A stretch of DNA of 64,000 nucleotides. Origin: Pseudomonadota bacterium. Lineage in GTDB: Bacteria > Pseudomonadota > Gammaproteobacteria > Acidiferrobacterales > UBA6901. Below the pieces are notes generated by a model. That model was not told the origin of the DNA. It saw only the letters and a list, made by a program, of their open reading frames with translations, and did no database searches. The DNA lies in the NCBI GenBank assembly GCA_021785515.1, contig JAJYEX010000001.1:514196-578195 (forward strand). Direction: 5' to 3'. This document shows positions 29,080 to 37,320 of the stretch, piece by piece. How positions within the stretch are numbered: position 1 is the stretch's first letter; each line of letters begins with the position of its first letter. Position numbers and translations under genes: made by a program.

Positions 29080-29526
29080 TCAACAGCCCGTGATGGTCGT
29101 GACATAAGTCGGGGTCGCTGTGGCGGTGGCGGCCGTGTAGGTCGTCTCACAGGTGGACGGAGTCGTCGCGTTGGTCATTTCGATCTCGCCGGGCGGGCCC
29201 GCGACGGTCGTGAAGTCGCCCTGAGGAGAAAGGTCCATCACCTTTTCCAGGTCGCCCACCGTGGCGGCGTATCCGTAAGCCGTATTGACGGTGGCACCGT
29301 TGATGGTCACGCTGGACGTGGCACCCAACCCGCCGGTCGCCTGCGCCGCCACGGCGTAGATCTCGGCGTTCGCGCCGCGCATGCTGCCTTCCACGCCCTG
29401 GATCACCGAGGTCCGTGCATCGCCCCCCAGATTGACGAACTTCGGCAGTGCGACGGCGGCCAGGATCCCAAGGATCACGATCACCATCACCAATTCAATC
29501 AGAGTAAAACCCGTCTGCTTCTTCAT
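29080..29526 (-). CDS. mshA: Type IVa pilin, MshA-like major subunit
   Basis: MKKQTGFTLIELVMVIVILGILAAVALPKF with a C-terminal Cys pair (STC...TITGC). An AGGAG RBS precedes it and a strong terminator follows. Confidence 0.8.
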   Translation of the reverse strand: MKKQTGFTLIELVMVIVILGILAAVALPKFVNLGGDARTSVIQGVEGSMRGANAEIYAVAAQATGGLGATSSVTINGATVNTAYGYAATVGDLEKVMDLSPQGDFTTVAGPPGEIEMTNATTPSTCETTYTAATATATPTYVTTITGC

Positions 29527-29590
29527 GTCAGGACTCCTGTTTCAAAATAGAGATTTGCGATAGTCAAAATAAGTGCAATTGTCGGGCCAG

Positions 29591-30052
29591 CTAGCAGCCC
29601 GTGATCGTGACGGCCACCACTCCGATGAGGGTGGTTCCGTTTTCGGTATAGGTGGCATAGCAGTTCGTGCGCAGCGTGAAGGTCGCGACGCTGCCGGCAT
29701 AGGTGGTGGTGTAACCGGAAAACGGCGCGGTGTTGCTCGCCGCCTGGACGGCGTTGCCGATCCCGGTCGCCGTTGCCTGGGGAATGCCGCCGTCGTTGGC
29801 ACCCGTGTCGACGGCCACCGTAGTGCCATCGAGCATGGTCACCGGCGAGGTCGTCTGGCCGGTGGCGATGTAGCGCGACTGGACCACGGCCACCGCCGAA
29901 CGCAGACCACCGGCCACGCCATTGACGCTTGCGACGCGCGCCGACTGGCCCAGGTTCACATAGCGCGGCAGGGCGATGGCCGCGAGCACGCCGAGAATGA
30001 TGATCACGATCACGAGCTCGATCAGAGTAAAGCCCGCCTGCTGTGATTTCAT
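29591..30052 (-). CDS. mshB: Type IVa pilin paralogue, MshB-like
   Basis: Start at the ATG at 30052 (MKSQQAGFTLIELVIVIIILGVLAAIALPRY). It ends in TITGC like the neighbouring pilin. Confidence 0.75.
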   Translation of the reverse strand: MKSQQAGFTLIELVIVIIILGVLAAIALPRYVNLGQSARVASVNGVAGGLRSAVAVVQSRYIATGQTTSPVTMLDGTTVAVDTGANDGGIPQATATGIGNAVQAASNTAPFSGYTTTYAGSVATFTLRTNCYATYTENGTTLIGVVAVTITGC

Positions 30053-30066
30053 TGCTGCCTCCTCAC

Positions 30067-30753
30067 TCAGAAACCGAAAATCCTGCCGATACGCCATACG
30101 ATGCCTCGCCTTCGCTCTGCTGCGCCTCGCGGTCCCCAACGGTAGGGCGCCACCGCAACCAGCTCGGCGCCGACCGCTTTGCCGTGCGTGTGCCGCGCCT
30201 GTGCAATCCGGATCATAAAGCCGGCCCGGGGCGGCAGGCCCAGTCCGCCGCTGAAATAATCCCGGTTCCGAACCCGGTAGATCAGCATCCGGCTGCCCCG
30301 GTCGAAGTACCAGTGGCCCCCCGGAATACTGGCCGGGTTCACGCCATCGAACGCGCCCAGATAATTCTTTGGCGTCTGCGCCAGCTCCCGCATCGGGTTG
30401 CTGCCCGCCAGGCGGCGCAGATCAGCGATATCGTCGTTCACCAGGTCACTTGCAACCTTCATGCCAAGTGCGCTGCGCAGCGTACCGAGCACCTGCTCCA
30501 TCGCGGTCGCCTCCGCCTCCTTCTGCAGGACCCACAAACGACCGATCGCGACCGTCAGCAGCAGTGCGATGACGGCGATGACGACCACGAGTTCCAGCAG
30601 AGCAAATCCCCGCTCCCGCCACGATCGTGCGAGAGACCCCCCTGATGGACTTGTGCCCCCCGCAAAGCGCAGATGCCGGGTCTTAAGTTCTTTCATCGAA
30701 CCGTAGGATGCGCACCACAGTTTGTCCAGCTTCTCGCCATCCGGGTGACGCAT
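30067..30753 (-). CDS. MshF-like pseudopilin-type protein
   Basis: RGFALLELVVVIAVIALLLTVAIG hydrophobic segment, positioned after mshG. The start is ambiguous (30753 or the ATG at 30696). Confidence 0.5.
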   Translation of the reverse strand: MRHPDGEKLDKLWCASYGSMKELKTRHLRFAGGTSPSGGSLARSWRERGFALLELVVVIAVIALLLTVAIGRLWVLQKEAEATAMEQVLGTLRSALGMKVASDLVNDDIADLRRLAGSNPMRELAQTPKNYLGAFDGVNPASIPGGHWYFDRGSRMLIYRVRNRDYFSGGLGLPPRAGFMIRIAQARHTHGKAVGAELVAVAPYRWGPRGAAERRRGIVWRIGRIFGF

Positions 30754-30757
30754 GGCG

Positions 30758-31999
30758 TCAGTGGCCCTGGGCAGCGCGGGCCAGGTCCCACATGGGCAGA
30801 AAGACGCCGAGGGCGAGGATGAGCACGATCACGCCAATGATCGTGATCAGAATGGGTTCGATCGCGGTGTTGAGGTTGCGCAGATCGTAGTCGACTTCAC
30901 GTTCGTAGTAACCGGCCACTTCGCCGAGCAGTTCCTCGAGCGCACCCGACTCCTCGCCCACCGAGATCATCTGGAGCACCAGCGGCGGAAACATGGCTGT
31001 GGCCGTGGCACAGCGGGTGACGCTCTCGCCCCGCTCCACCCCATCGCGCATCTGGGCGATGCGCTCGCCGACGAACTCATTGTCCACCGCCCGGCTGACC
31101 ACCGACATACCCTGGACCAGGGGCACCCCTGCCTTAAGCGTCACCGCAAGCGAACGTGCAAAACGGCCCAGCGTGGCACAATAGATAATGCGCCCTACGA
31201 CCGGAAGCTTGAGCTTGGCCCGGTGCCAGCGGTAACGCCCGTCGGCGGTACGCAGGTAGTAGCGGACCGCCACGGTCACGGCCACCATGGCCGCCACCAT
31301 CAGACCCCAGTAATGCACCATGAAGTGCGAGGTGGCGATGAGTATGCGCGTCGGCAAGGGCAGTTGCGCGTGAAAACCGGCATACACGCGGGCAAAGGCC
31401 GGTATGACGAAGATGTTGATAATGAACAGAGCGACGGTGATGGCGAACACCACGATCGAAGGGTAGCGCAGGGCCTGCTTGATACGTTCGCGCGTGTCTT
31501 TCTCGCGCTCGAGGTAGGCGGCGAGCTGCTGGAACGCCTCAGCCAGATTCCCGGTGGTCTCACCCACCTGCACCATGCTCGCAAACAGATTGGAGAACAC
31601 CGCAGGATGCCGGCGGACGGCGGTGGCGAGATCCATACCGGCATCGAGACTCTCTGCAATACTGCCGATCACTTCCGCCAGCGCCGGATTCTGTGTCGAA
31701 TCGCGCAGTCCGCGCAGACTCTGCATGATCGGCACCCCGGCCTTGAGCAGGGTGTACATCTGCCGGCAGAAAAAGACCAGATCGTCGATCGCCACCCGGC
31801 CTGCGCGCAGCCGTTTTGCCAGGCTCTTCAGGCCACTGAAGACGTCCTGCGCGGCGGCCGCAGGGCGGATGTCGATGGGGGTAATGCCGTTGTTGAAGAG
31901 CTGGCCGGCCACCGCGTCGGCAGTGGCAGCCTCGATCTTTCCGTTTACGGCTTCGCCGCGGCGGTTGCGTCCGGTGTACTGGAAACAGGTCATGCGCAT
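30758..31999 (-). CDS. mshG: Type IV pilus platform protein MshG (GspF/PilC family)
   Basis: 413 aa with duplicated GspF domains, ending in ILALGVFLPMWDL. Confidence 0.9.
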   Translation of the reverse strand: MRMTCFQYTGRNRRGEAVNGKIEAATADAVAGQLFNNGITPIDIRPAAAAQDVFSGLKSLAKRLRAGRVAIDDLVFFCRQMYTLLKAGVPIMQSLRGLRDSTQNPALAEVIGSIAESLDAGMDLATAVRRHPAVFSNLFASMVQVGETTGNLAEAFQQLAAYLEREKDTRERIKQALRYPSIVVFAITVALFIINIFVIPAFARVYAGFHAQLPLPTRILIATSHFMVHYWGLMVAAMVAVTVAVRYYLRTADGRYRWHRAKLKLPVVGRIIYCATLGRFARSLAVTLKAGVPLVQGMSVVSRAVDNEFVGERIAQMRDGVERGESVTRCATATAMFPPLVLQMISVGEESGALEELLGEVAGYYEREVDYDLRNLNTAIEPILITIIGVIVLILALGVFLPMWDLARAAQGH

Positions 32000-32009
32000 C
32001 GCGCGGCCA

Positions 32010-33725
32010 TCACTCCACCATGCCGAAAGTGGCGCGCATCACCTGGTCCATGGTGGTCAGTCCGCGCGCGGCAAGCTCTATCGCGCTGCGCTTCAGGGTC
32101 TGAAAGCCGGGCTGCGTCCTGGCCGCCTGGGCAAAAGCAAGGGGATCGCCACGATGCAGCGCCTGCACCAGATTCTCGTCCATGTCGAGCAGCTCATAGA
32201 CACCGATCCGTCCGTGGTAGCCGGTGTGATTGCAGTAGGTACAACCGCGCCCACGACGAAACTCCAGGCCGTCGGCGGCCCGGCCCAGCTCCTCCTCCAC
32301 CACCACGCGCAGACCAGGTTCGAGCTTCACCGGCTCCGAACAGGTCTCGCAGATTCTGCGCACGAGGCGCTGGGCGAGAATGCCGCGCAGACTTGCCGCA
32401 ATCAGGAACGGCGCCGCCCCCATGTCTAGCAGGCGCGCAGGCGTAGACACCGCGTCATTGGTATGCAGCGTCGACAGCACCAGATGCCCGGTCATCGCCG
32501 CCCGCAGACCGATCTCGGCGGTCTCCTGGTCACGCATCTCACCCACCAGCACGATGTCCGGATCCTGACGCAGGACCGAGCGCAGCACCCGTCCGAAGGT
32601 CAGGTTGATCCGGCTGTTCACTTGCACCTGGTTTATGCCCGGCAGACGGTACTCGATCGGATCCTCGACCGTAATGGCCTTCAGGGTCGGCTTGTTGAGT
32701 TCGCGCAACGCGCCATACAGCGTCGTGGTCTTGCCGCTGCCCGTCGGGCCGGTGACCAGCACCATTCCGTGCGGGCTGTGTATCATCGCGCGGAACCGGG
32801 CAAGCAGGGTTTCGGGCATGCCGAGCTGTCCGAGATCGAGCACCCCGCTCGTCTGGTTCAGCAGCCGCATAACCGCGGACTCGCCGTACAGCACCGGCAA
32901 CGTCGACAAGCGCACGTCTACGCTCTTGTCGCGCACCCGCACGTTGAACCGGCCATCCTGCGGCAGGCGCTTTTCCGAGATGTCCAGGCCCGCCATAAGT
33001 TTCAGACGCGACAGCAGCGCGCTGGCGATACGTCGTTCGGCGGTGGTCTGCACGCGCAGCACGCCGTCCAGACGGAACCGGATGCGCAGCTCCTTTTCAT
33101 CGGGCTCGATATGGATATCCGATGCATTCACCTGAACTGCGTCCTCAAACATCGTCTGCAGCAGCTTGACCACCGGCGCATCGGTCAGGCCTTCGGCCCC
33201 GCCCAGCTGGCCCAGATCGACATCGTAGGCCGACATTTCCTGCCCAAGCTCCTGCGCGAGCCCGCTGATCTCGTCGGTGCGGCGGTACATGAGATCAATG
33301 GCCTTGAGCAGATCCACCTCGCGCACCACCGACAGGCGCAGCGGCCGGCGCAGCACCCGCGCCAGCTCGTCGTAGGCAAAAATATCGGTGGGGTCAGCCA
33401 TTCCGATGAGCAGGCTGTCGTGTCCTTCTTCCAGCGCCAGCACGCGGAAACGGCGTGCATGCGCCTCCGGGATAAGACGCACCACCTCGGGCTTGAGGTG
33501 GTAGCGTTTGAGATCGATGTAGGGAATATTCAGCTGGCGCGCGAGAAAATCGAGCAGCTGATCTTCGGACAGGTAGCCGTTTTCGATCAGCACCCGCCCA
33601 AGCTTGCGCCCGCTCTTTTTCTGTTCCGCGAGGGCAACATTGAGCTGCTCGTGCGAAATAACCCTATGCTCTATGAGCAGATCCCCGATGCGGATCTTTT
33701 TCGGCTTGGCCGTGACTGCGGACAT
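32010..33725 (-). CDS. mshE: MSHA pilus extension ATPase MshE (GspE family) with N-terminal MshEN c-di-GMP-binding motifs
   Basis: 571 aa with Walker A GPTGSGKTTT, a tetracysteine motif (CETC...CTYC) and tandem N-terminal R/K-[IL]-G-xx-L-I ... L-xxx-L-xx-Q motifs. Confidence 0.9.
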   Translation of the reverse strand: MSAVTAKPKKIRIGDLLIEHRVISHEQLNVALAEQKKSGRKLGRVLIENGYLSEDQLLDFLARQLNIPYIDLKRYHLKPEVVRLIPEAHARRFRVLALEEGHDSLLIGMADPTDIFAYDELARVLRRPLRLSVVREVDLLKAIDLMYRRTDEISGLAQELGQEMSAYDVDLGQLGGAEGLTDAPVVKLLQTMFEDAVQVNASDIHIEPDEKELRIRFRLDGVLRVQTTAERRIASALLSRLKLMAGLDISEKRLPQDGRFNVRVRDKSVDVRLSTLPVLYGESAVMRLLNQTSGVLDLGQLGMPETLLARFRAMIHSPHGMVLVTGPTGSGKTTTLYGALRELNKPTLKAITVEDPIEYRLPGINQVQVNSRINLTFGRVLRSVLRQDPDIVLVGEMRDQETAEIGLRAAMTGHLVLSTLHTNDAVSTPARLLDMGAAPFLIAASLRGILAQRLVRRICETCSEPVKLEPGLRVVVEEELGRAADGLEFRRGRGCTYCNHTGYHGRIGVYELLDMDENLVQALHRGDPLAFAQAARTQPGFQTLKRSAIELAARGLTTMDQVMRATFGMVE

Positions 33726-33855
33726 GAACCCAACCTCGCTGGCTGGAGCTGGTTCGGATAGACTGCCGGCACCTGTAGCTAACTGTAGTTAAGGTCTGAA
33801 CAAATTCTACCCATCCCCTGCAAATTGTGCGCCAACGCCATCCGGTGACCGGGCG

Positions 33856-34311
33856 ATGCTTCATGTCGTGCTTTATCAGCCGGAAATTCCACCGAACACC
33901 GGCAACGTCATCCGGCTGTGCGCGAACACCGGCGCGCAACTGCACCTGATCGAGCCCTTGGGCTTTGCGCTGGATGATCGGCGGCTGAAGCGCGCCGGTC
34001 TGGACTACCATGAATGGGTAAGGGTGTGTCGCTACCCCGGGCTGGATCGGTTCATGAGGGAGGTCGCACCGGCGCGTCTGCTCGCGTTCTCAACCCGTGG
34101 ACAGCGGCGGTACAGTGACATCGAGTACCGGGGCGACGATGCCCTGCTGTTCGGGCCCGAGACACGCGGTTTGCCGCAGGAGGTGCTGCTGAGCCTGCCG
34201 CCCGAGCACCGCCTGTGTCTGCCCATGCGGCCCGGTATCCGCAGCCTCAACCTCTCCAACGCGGTGGCCATTGCCGTCTACGAGGCTTGGCGGCAGCTCG
34301 ACTTTGCCTGA
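33856..34311 (+). CDS. trmL: tRNA (cytidine/uridine-34 2'-O)-methyltransferase (SpoU/TrmL)
   Basis: 151 aa: MLHVVLYQPEIPPNTGNVIRLCANTG...SLNLSNAVAI. Confidence 0.85.
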   Translation: MLHVVLYQPEIPPNTGNVIRLCANTGAQLHLIEPLGFALDDRRLKRAGLDYHEWVRVCRYPGLDRFMREVAPARLLAFSTRGQRRYSDIEYRGDDALLFGPETRGLPQEVLLSLPPEHRLCLPMRPGIRSLNLSNAVAIAVYEAWRQLDFA

Positions 34312-34357
34312 TAACGGGATGCTGACGCCCGCGGGTGGTGTCCGGAACTGGTTCGAC

Positions 34358-35383
34358 TCAGGATTTTTCCTGCTTCGGTTCGCGCCGCAGCAGCGCCGCT
34401 ACTGCCTCGCGCGGCGCCAAACCCTTGAACAGCACGCGGTACACCTGCTCGGTGATGGGCATGTCCACGCCCAGGCGACGGGCCAGTGACCAGACCTCGC
34501 GGGCCGTGCCAACACCTTCCGCCACCTGCCCGAGACCGGCTAACGTGTCAGCCAGGCTGCTTCCTCTCCCGAGGGCCAGCCCGACCTGGCGGTTGCGCGA
34601 CTGGTCGTCCGTACAGGTCAGGACCAGATCGCCCATGCCGGTTAAACCCATGAAGGTTTCCGGTCGGCCGCCAAGCGCCATCCCCAGACGTTCAATCTCG
34701 GCCAGCCCGCGGGTGATGAGCGCGGCGCGGGCATTGGCACCCAGCCCCAGACCATCGCTGATGCCGGTGGCAATGGCCATGACGTTCTTTACCGCACCGC
34801 CGAGCTGCACGCCGACCAGATCCTCGCTGGTATAGACGCGCAGGTGATCATTGCGCAACCACACGGCAACCGCCTCGGCCGTCTGCGGATTACGGGCTGC
34901 CACAGTCATCGCCGCCGGCAGACCCCTGGCCACTTCCCGCGCGAACGTCGGACCGGAAATGACCGCGATGCGCCGCTGCGTCCCGAGCACTGCGCTGCAC
35001 ACCTCGCTCAGCAGCTTGCCGGACCCCGGCTCCAGACCTTTGGTGGCCGAAGCGACGATGGCCGCCGGCGGCGCGTGGGGGGCCAGAGTCTCGAGCGTGG
35101 CACGGAACCCGGCGCTCGGTACCGCGATCAGGAAGCGTTCGCACTCCTTGGCAAGCGACACCAGATCATTGCGCACCTGCAGCGCGTCGGGGAAGCGGAT
35201 TCCGGGAAGATAGAGAGAGTTCGTGCGCTCGCGCGCCATGCTGGCCATGCGGGCAGGATCGTGCCCCCACAGGAGACTGTGATAACCGTTGCCAGCCAGC
35301 ACCACGGCCAGCGCCGTACCCCAGGATCCCGCCCCGAGGATCGCGACGGGAGAACCAGCCGCCGCCCGCATCACCTGTGGCAC
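34358..35383 (-). CDS. gpsA: NAD(P)H-dependent glycerol-3-phosphate dehydrogenase
   Basis: 341 aa with GAGSWGTALA and a conserved GpsA core. Confidence 0.9.
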   Translation of the reverse strand: MPQVMRAAAGSPVAILGAGSWGTALAVVLAGNGYHSLLWGHDPARMASMARERTNSLYLPGIRFPDALQVRNDLVSLAKECERFLIAVPSAGFRATLETLAPHAPPAAIVASATKGLEPGSGKLLSEVCSAVLGTQRRIAVISGPTFAREVARGLPAAMTVAARNPQTAEAVAVWLRNDHLRVYTSEDLVGVQLGGAVKNVMAIATGISDGLGLGANARAALITRGLAEIERLGMALGGRPETFMGLTGMGDLVLTCTDDQSRNRQVGLALGRGSSLADTLAGLGQVAEGVGTAREVWSLARRLGVDMPITEQVYRVLFKGLAPREAVAALLRREPKQEKS

Positions 35384-35422
35384 CGGGATTGTCTGCGGCC
35401 GCGCCGGACAGCGTCTGGCGCG

Positions 35423-35884
35423 TCAGTGGTTGGCCGACGGGGTGCCGGCCGTCTGCTTCTGCTGATAGAGCAGATCAAAATTCACCGGGCTGATCAGCAG
35501 TTGCGGAAATCCCCCTTTGCCGACCAGGTCGTTGATCACCTCGCGCGCGAACGGCAGAAGGATATTGGGGCAGCCGATCTCGAGCACCAACGGCAACTCG
35601 TCGACCGCCACGCCGCTGATACGGAACAGCCCGCACTGCTGGACCTCCGCGAGAAACACCGTCTTTTCCTGGACCTTGGCTGTCACGGTCACACCGAGGA
35701 TCACTTCGTAAAGACCTTCATCGCGCGCCACCGGACTATGCGCAATGTGAAGCTGGATCCCGACCTCCGGCACTGTCTGTTCCAGGAATACCTGCGGGAC
35801 ATTCGGTGCTTCGTAGGAGATGTCCTTCACATAGATCTTTTCGACGTTCAGGGCAGGACCCTGAGATTGGTTCGAATCTGCCAT
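35423..35884 (-). CDS. secB: Protein export chaperone SecB
   Basis: Start at the ATG at 35884 (MADSNQSQGPALNVEKIYVKDISYEAPN), the typical SecB N-terminus. The track ORF extends to 35926. Confidence 0.9.
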   Translation of the reverse strand: MADSNQSQGPALNVEKIYVKDISYEAPNVPQVFLEQTVPEVGIQLHIAHSPVARDEGLYEVILGVTVTAKVQEKTVFLAEVQQCGLFRISGVAVDELPLVLEIGCPNILLPFAREVINDLVGKGGFPQLLISPVNFDLLYQQKQTAGTPSANH

Positions 35885-35999
35885 CGGCGATTTCCTGTTG
35901 GTAGGATGAAAAAATGCGGGACACACCCGCCGTCACGGTTCGTTATGGTTCACGTGGCTGTGCCGGGGCGCAGCTGGTCCGGCCACCCGCTCTGCCGCC

Positions 36000-36269
36000 T
36001 CAGGCCTGCGAAGCAAGCAAGGCGTCGAGCTTGCCGCTACGCTCGAGCTCTGCCAGGTCGGTATAGCCCCCCACGTGGGTCGTGCCGATGAAAATCTGGG
36101 GCACCGTGGTCCTGCCCGTGATCCGCACCATTTCCGCGCGCTGATCCGGCAATTCGTCCACGAGTATCTTATCCGCTTTCACACCCTTACGTGCCAGCAG
36201 CTGGTCCGCCATATTACAGTACGGACATATACGCGTGCAGTACATCAGAACTCTGGCTGCATCTCCCAT
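36000..36269 (-). CDS. grxC: Glutaredoxin 3
   Basis: CPYC active site and a TVPQIFI motif. Start set at the ATG at 36269, 8 nt after the rhodanese stop. Confidence 0.85.
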   Translation of the reverse strand: MGDAARVLMYCTRICPYCNMADQLLARKGVKADKILVDELPDQRAEMVRITGRTTVPQIFIGTTHVGGYTDLAELERSGKLDALLASQA

Positions 36270-36277
36270 GACTGGCC

Positions 36278-36688
36278 TCACTTCTGTGTTGGCAGGTTTT
36301 CGTTCTGCCATGCAAGGATGCCGCCGGCAAGGATATGCACCGACTGGAAATTTTGGCTCCGCAGCATCGAAGCGGCCTTGGCGGAACGCTGGCTGGTGCG
36401 GCAGCTGATGAGGAGCGGGCGGCTCTTGAACTTCTCGAGTTCACTTACCCGCGTGCGCAGGGCGCTGAGCGGGATGTTGATCGCATCGGGAATGTGTCCA
36501 TTTCTGAATTCATCCGGTTCACGCACGTCGACCACCAGTGCCGAGTCGCGATTGACCATGCGCACCGCTTCGCTCACCGGCACCGACTTGATGCCACGGA
36601 GCACGCGATTCAGCGGGGCGGCAATGAGCATGACGAGGACTACTACCAGGGCCAGAAACAGATACCAGTTTTGAATCACGAACTGCAT
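36278..36688 (-). CDS. Membrane-anchored rhodanese-domain protein (YibN-like)
   Basis: Start at the ATG at 36688 (MQFVIQNWYLFLALVVVLVMLIAAP), then a rhodanese fold with the active-site loop CRTSQRS. Confidence 0.8.
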   Translation of the reverse strand: MQFVIQNWYLFLALVVVLVMLIAAPLNRVLRGIKSVPVSEAVRMVNRDSALVVDVREPDEFRNGHIPDAINIPLSALRTRVSELEKFKSRPLLISCRTSQRSAKAASMLRSQNFQSVHILAGGILAWQNENLPTQK

Positions 36689-36814
36689 TGTGGGTTCTCG
36701 GCAGAAACGGCAAGGGTTGTTGTCGGGGTTGAAGAAAAATTCGCAATGCCCGCAGGCAACGCGGACGCGGCACATGCAACACGCATCCGGGCTGCATTAC
36801 GCCCGGCCGGCGCA

Positions 36815-37147
36815 TCATGCTCCGTCGAATCGGCTGCAGAATGCAGCACGCAGCGCGCCGATGAGATTGATGATCTCCGGCTCAGCGATCCGGTAGTAAA
36901 CCTTGTTGGCGTCTTTGCGCGATGCGAGAATGCCCTTGTCGCGCAGAATGGACAGATGCTGGGAGATGTTGCTTTGAGACGTCCCCACGTGCTCCACGAT
37001 CTCCTGCACGCTGACTTCGTTTACCGCGCCCAGCATACAAAGGATCTTCAGGCGCAGCGGATGTGCCATGGCTTTCAACGAATGGGAGGCGCGATAGATG
37101 TCCTCCTCGTTGCTGATCAGGCCCACATGCTCGGCGGTCACGCTCAT
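36815..37147 (-). CDS. ArsR/SmtB family regulator, two-Cys BigR/SqrR/YgaV-like
   Basis: 110 aa with HPLRLKILCML (Cys37), the wHTH ISQHLSILRDKGIL, and a C-terminal Cys104 (AAFCSRF). Confidence 0.75.
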   Translation of the reverse strand: MSVTAEHVGLISNEEDIYRASHSLKAMAHPLRLKILCMLGAVNEVSVQEIVEHVGTSQSNISQHLSILRDKGILASRKDANKVYYRIAEPEIINLIGALRAAFCSRFDGA

Positions 37148-37320
37148 GTCTTTACCTCGTCTCGGTTAGAAGTTGCCCGCTGGTACTTCGCTTATCCTCC
37201 AGCCGTCCGCCACTTCCGATGTACGAATCCATGATTATGGCTGTCATTGTGTTGGAAACATTATACAATATTAGCGAATTTTAAAAGACCTCAGACTCCG
37301 AGCAGGTTAAACGAAAGGCA

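Noticed and set aside
30752-33761. Very long plus-strand ORFs (564 aa at 30752..32446 and 432 aa at 32463..33761) that could look like novel genes.
   Set aside because: They lie exactly antisense to mshG and mshE, which have unmistakable family signatures. Their translations are Arg/His/Gly/Ala/Pro-rich with no motifs. This is the expected stop-poor antisense frame of GC-rich coding DNA.
37241-37258. CTGTCAT-TGTG-TTGGAAA upstream of gpmI as a Pho box.
   Set aside because: Only the first heptamer matches, the second half-site is poor, and there is no functional rationale. A similar lone CTGTCAC at 48976 has a GC-rich spacer. Both are treated as chance matches.
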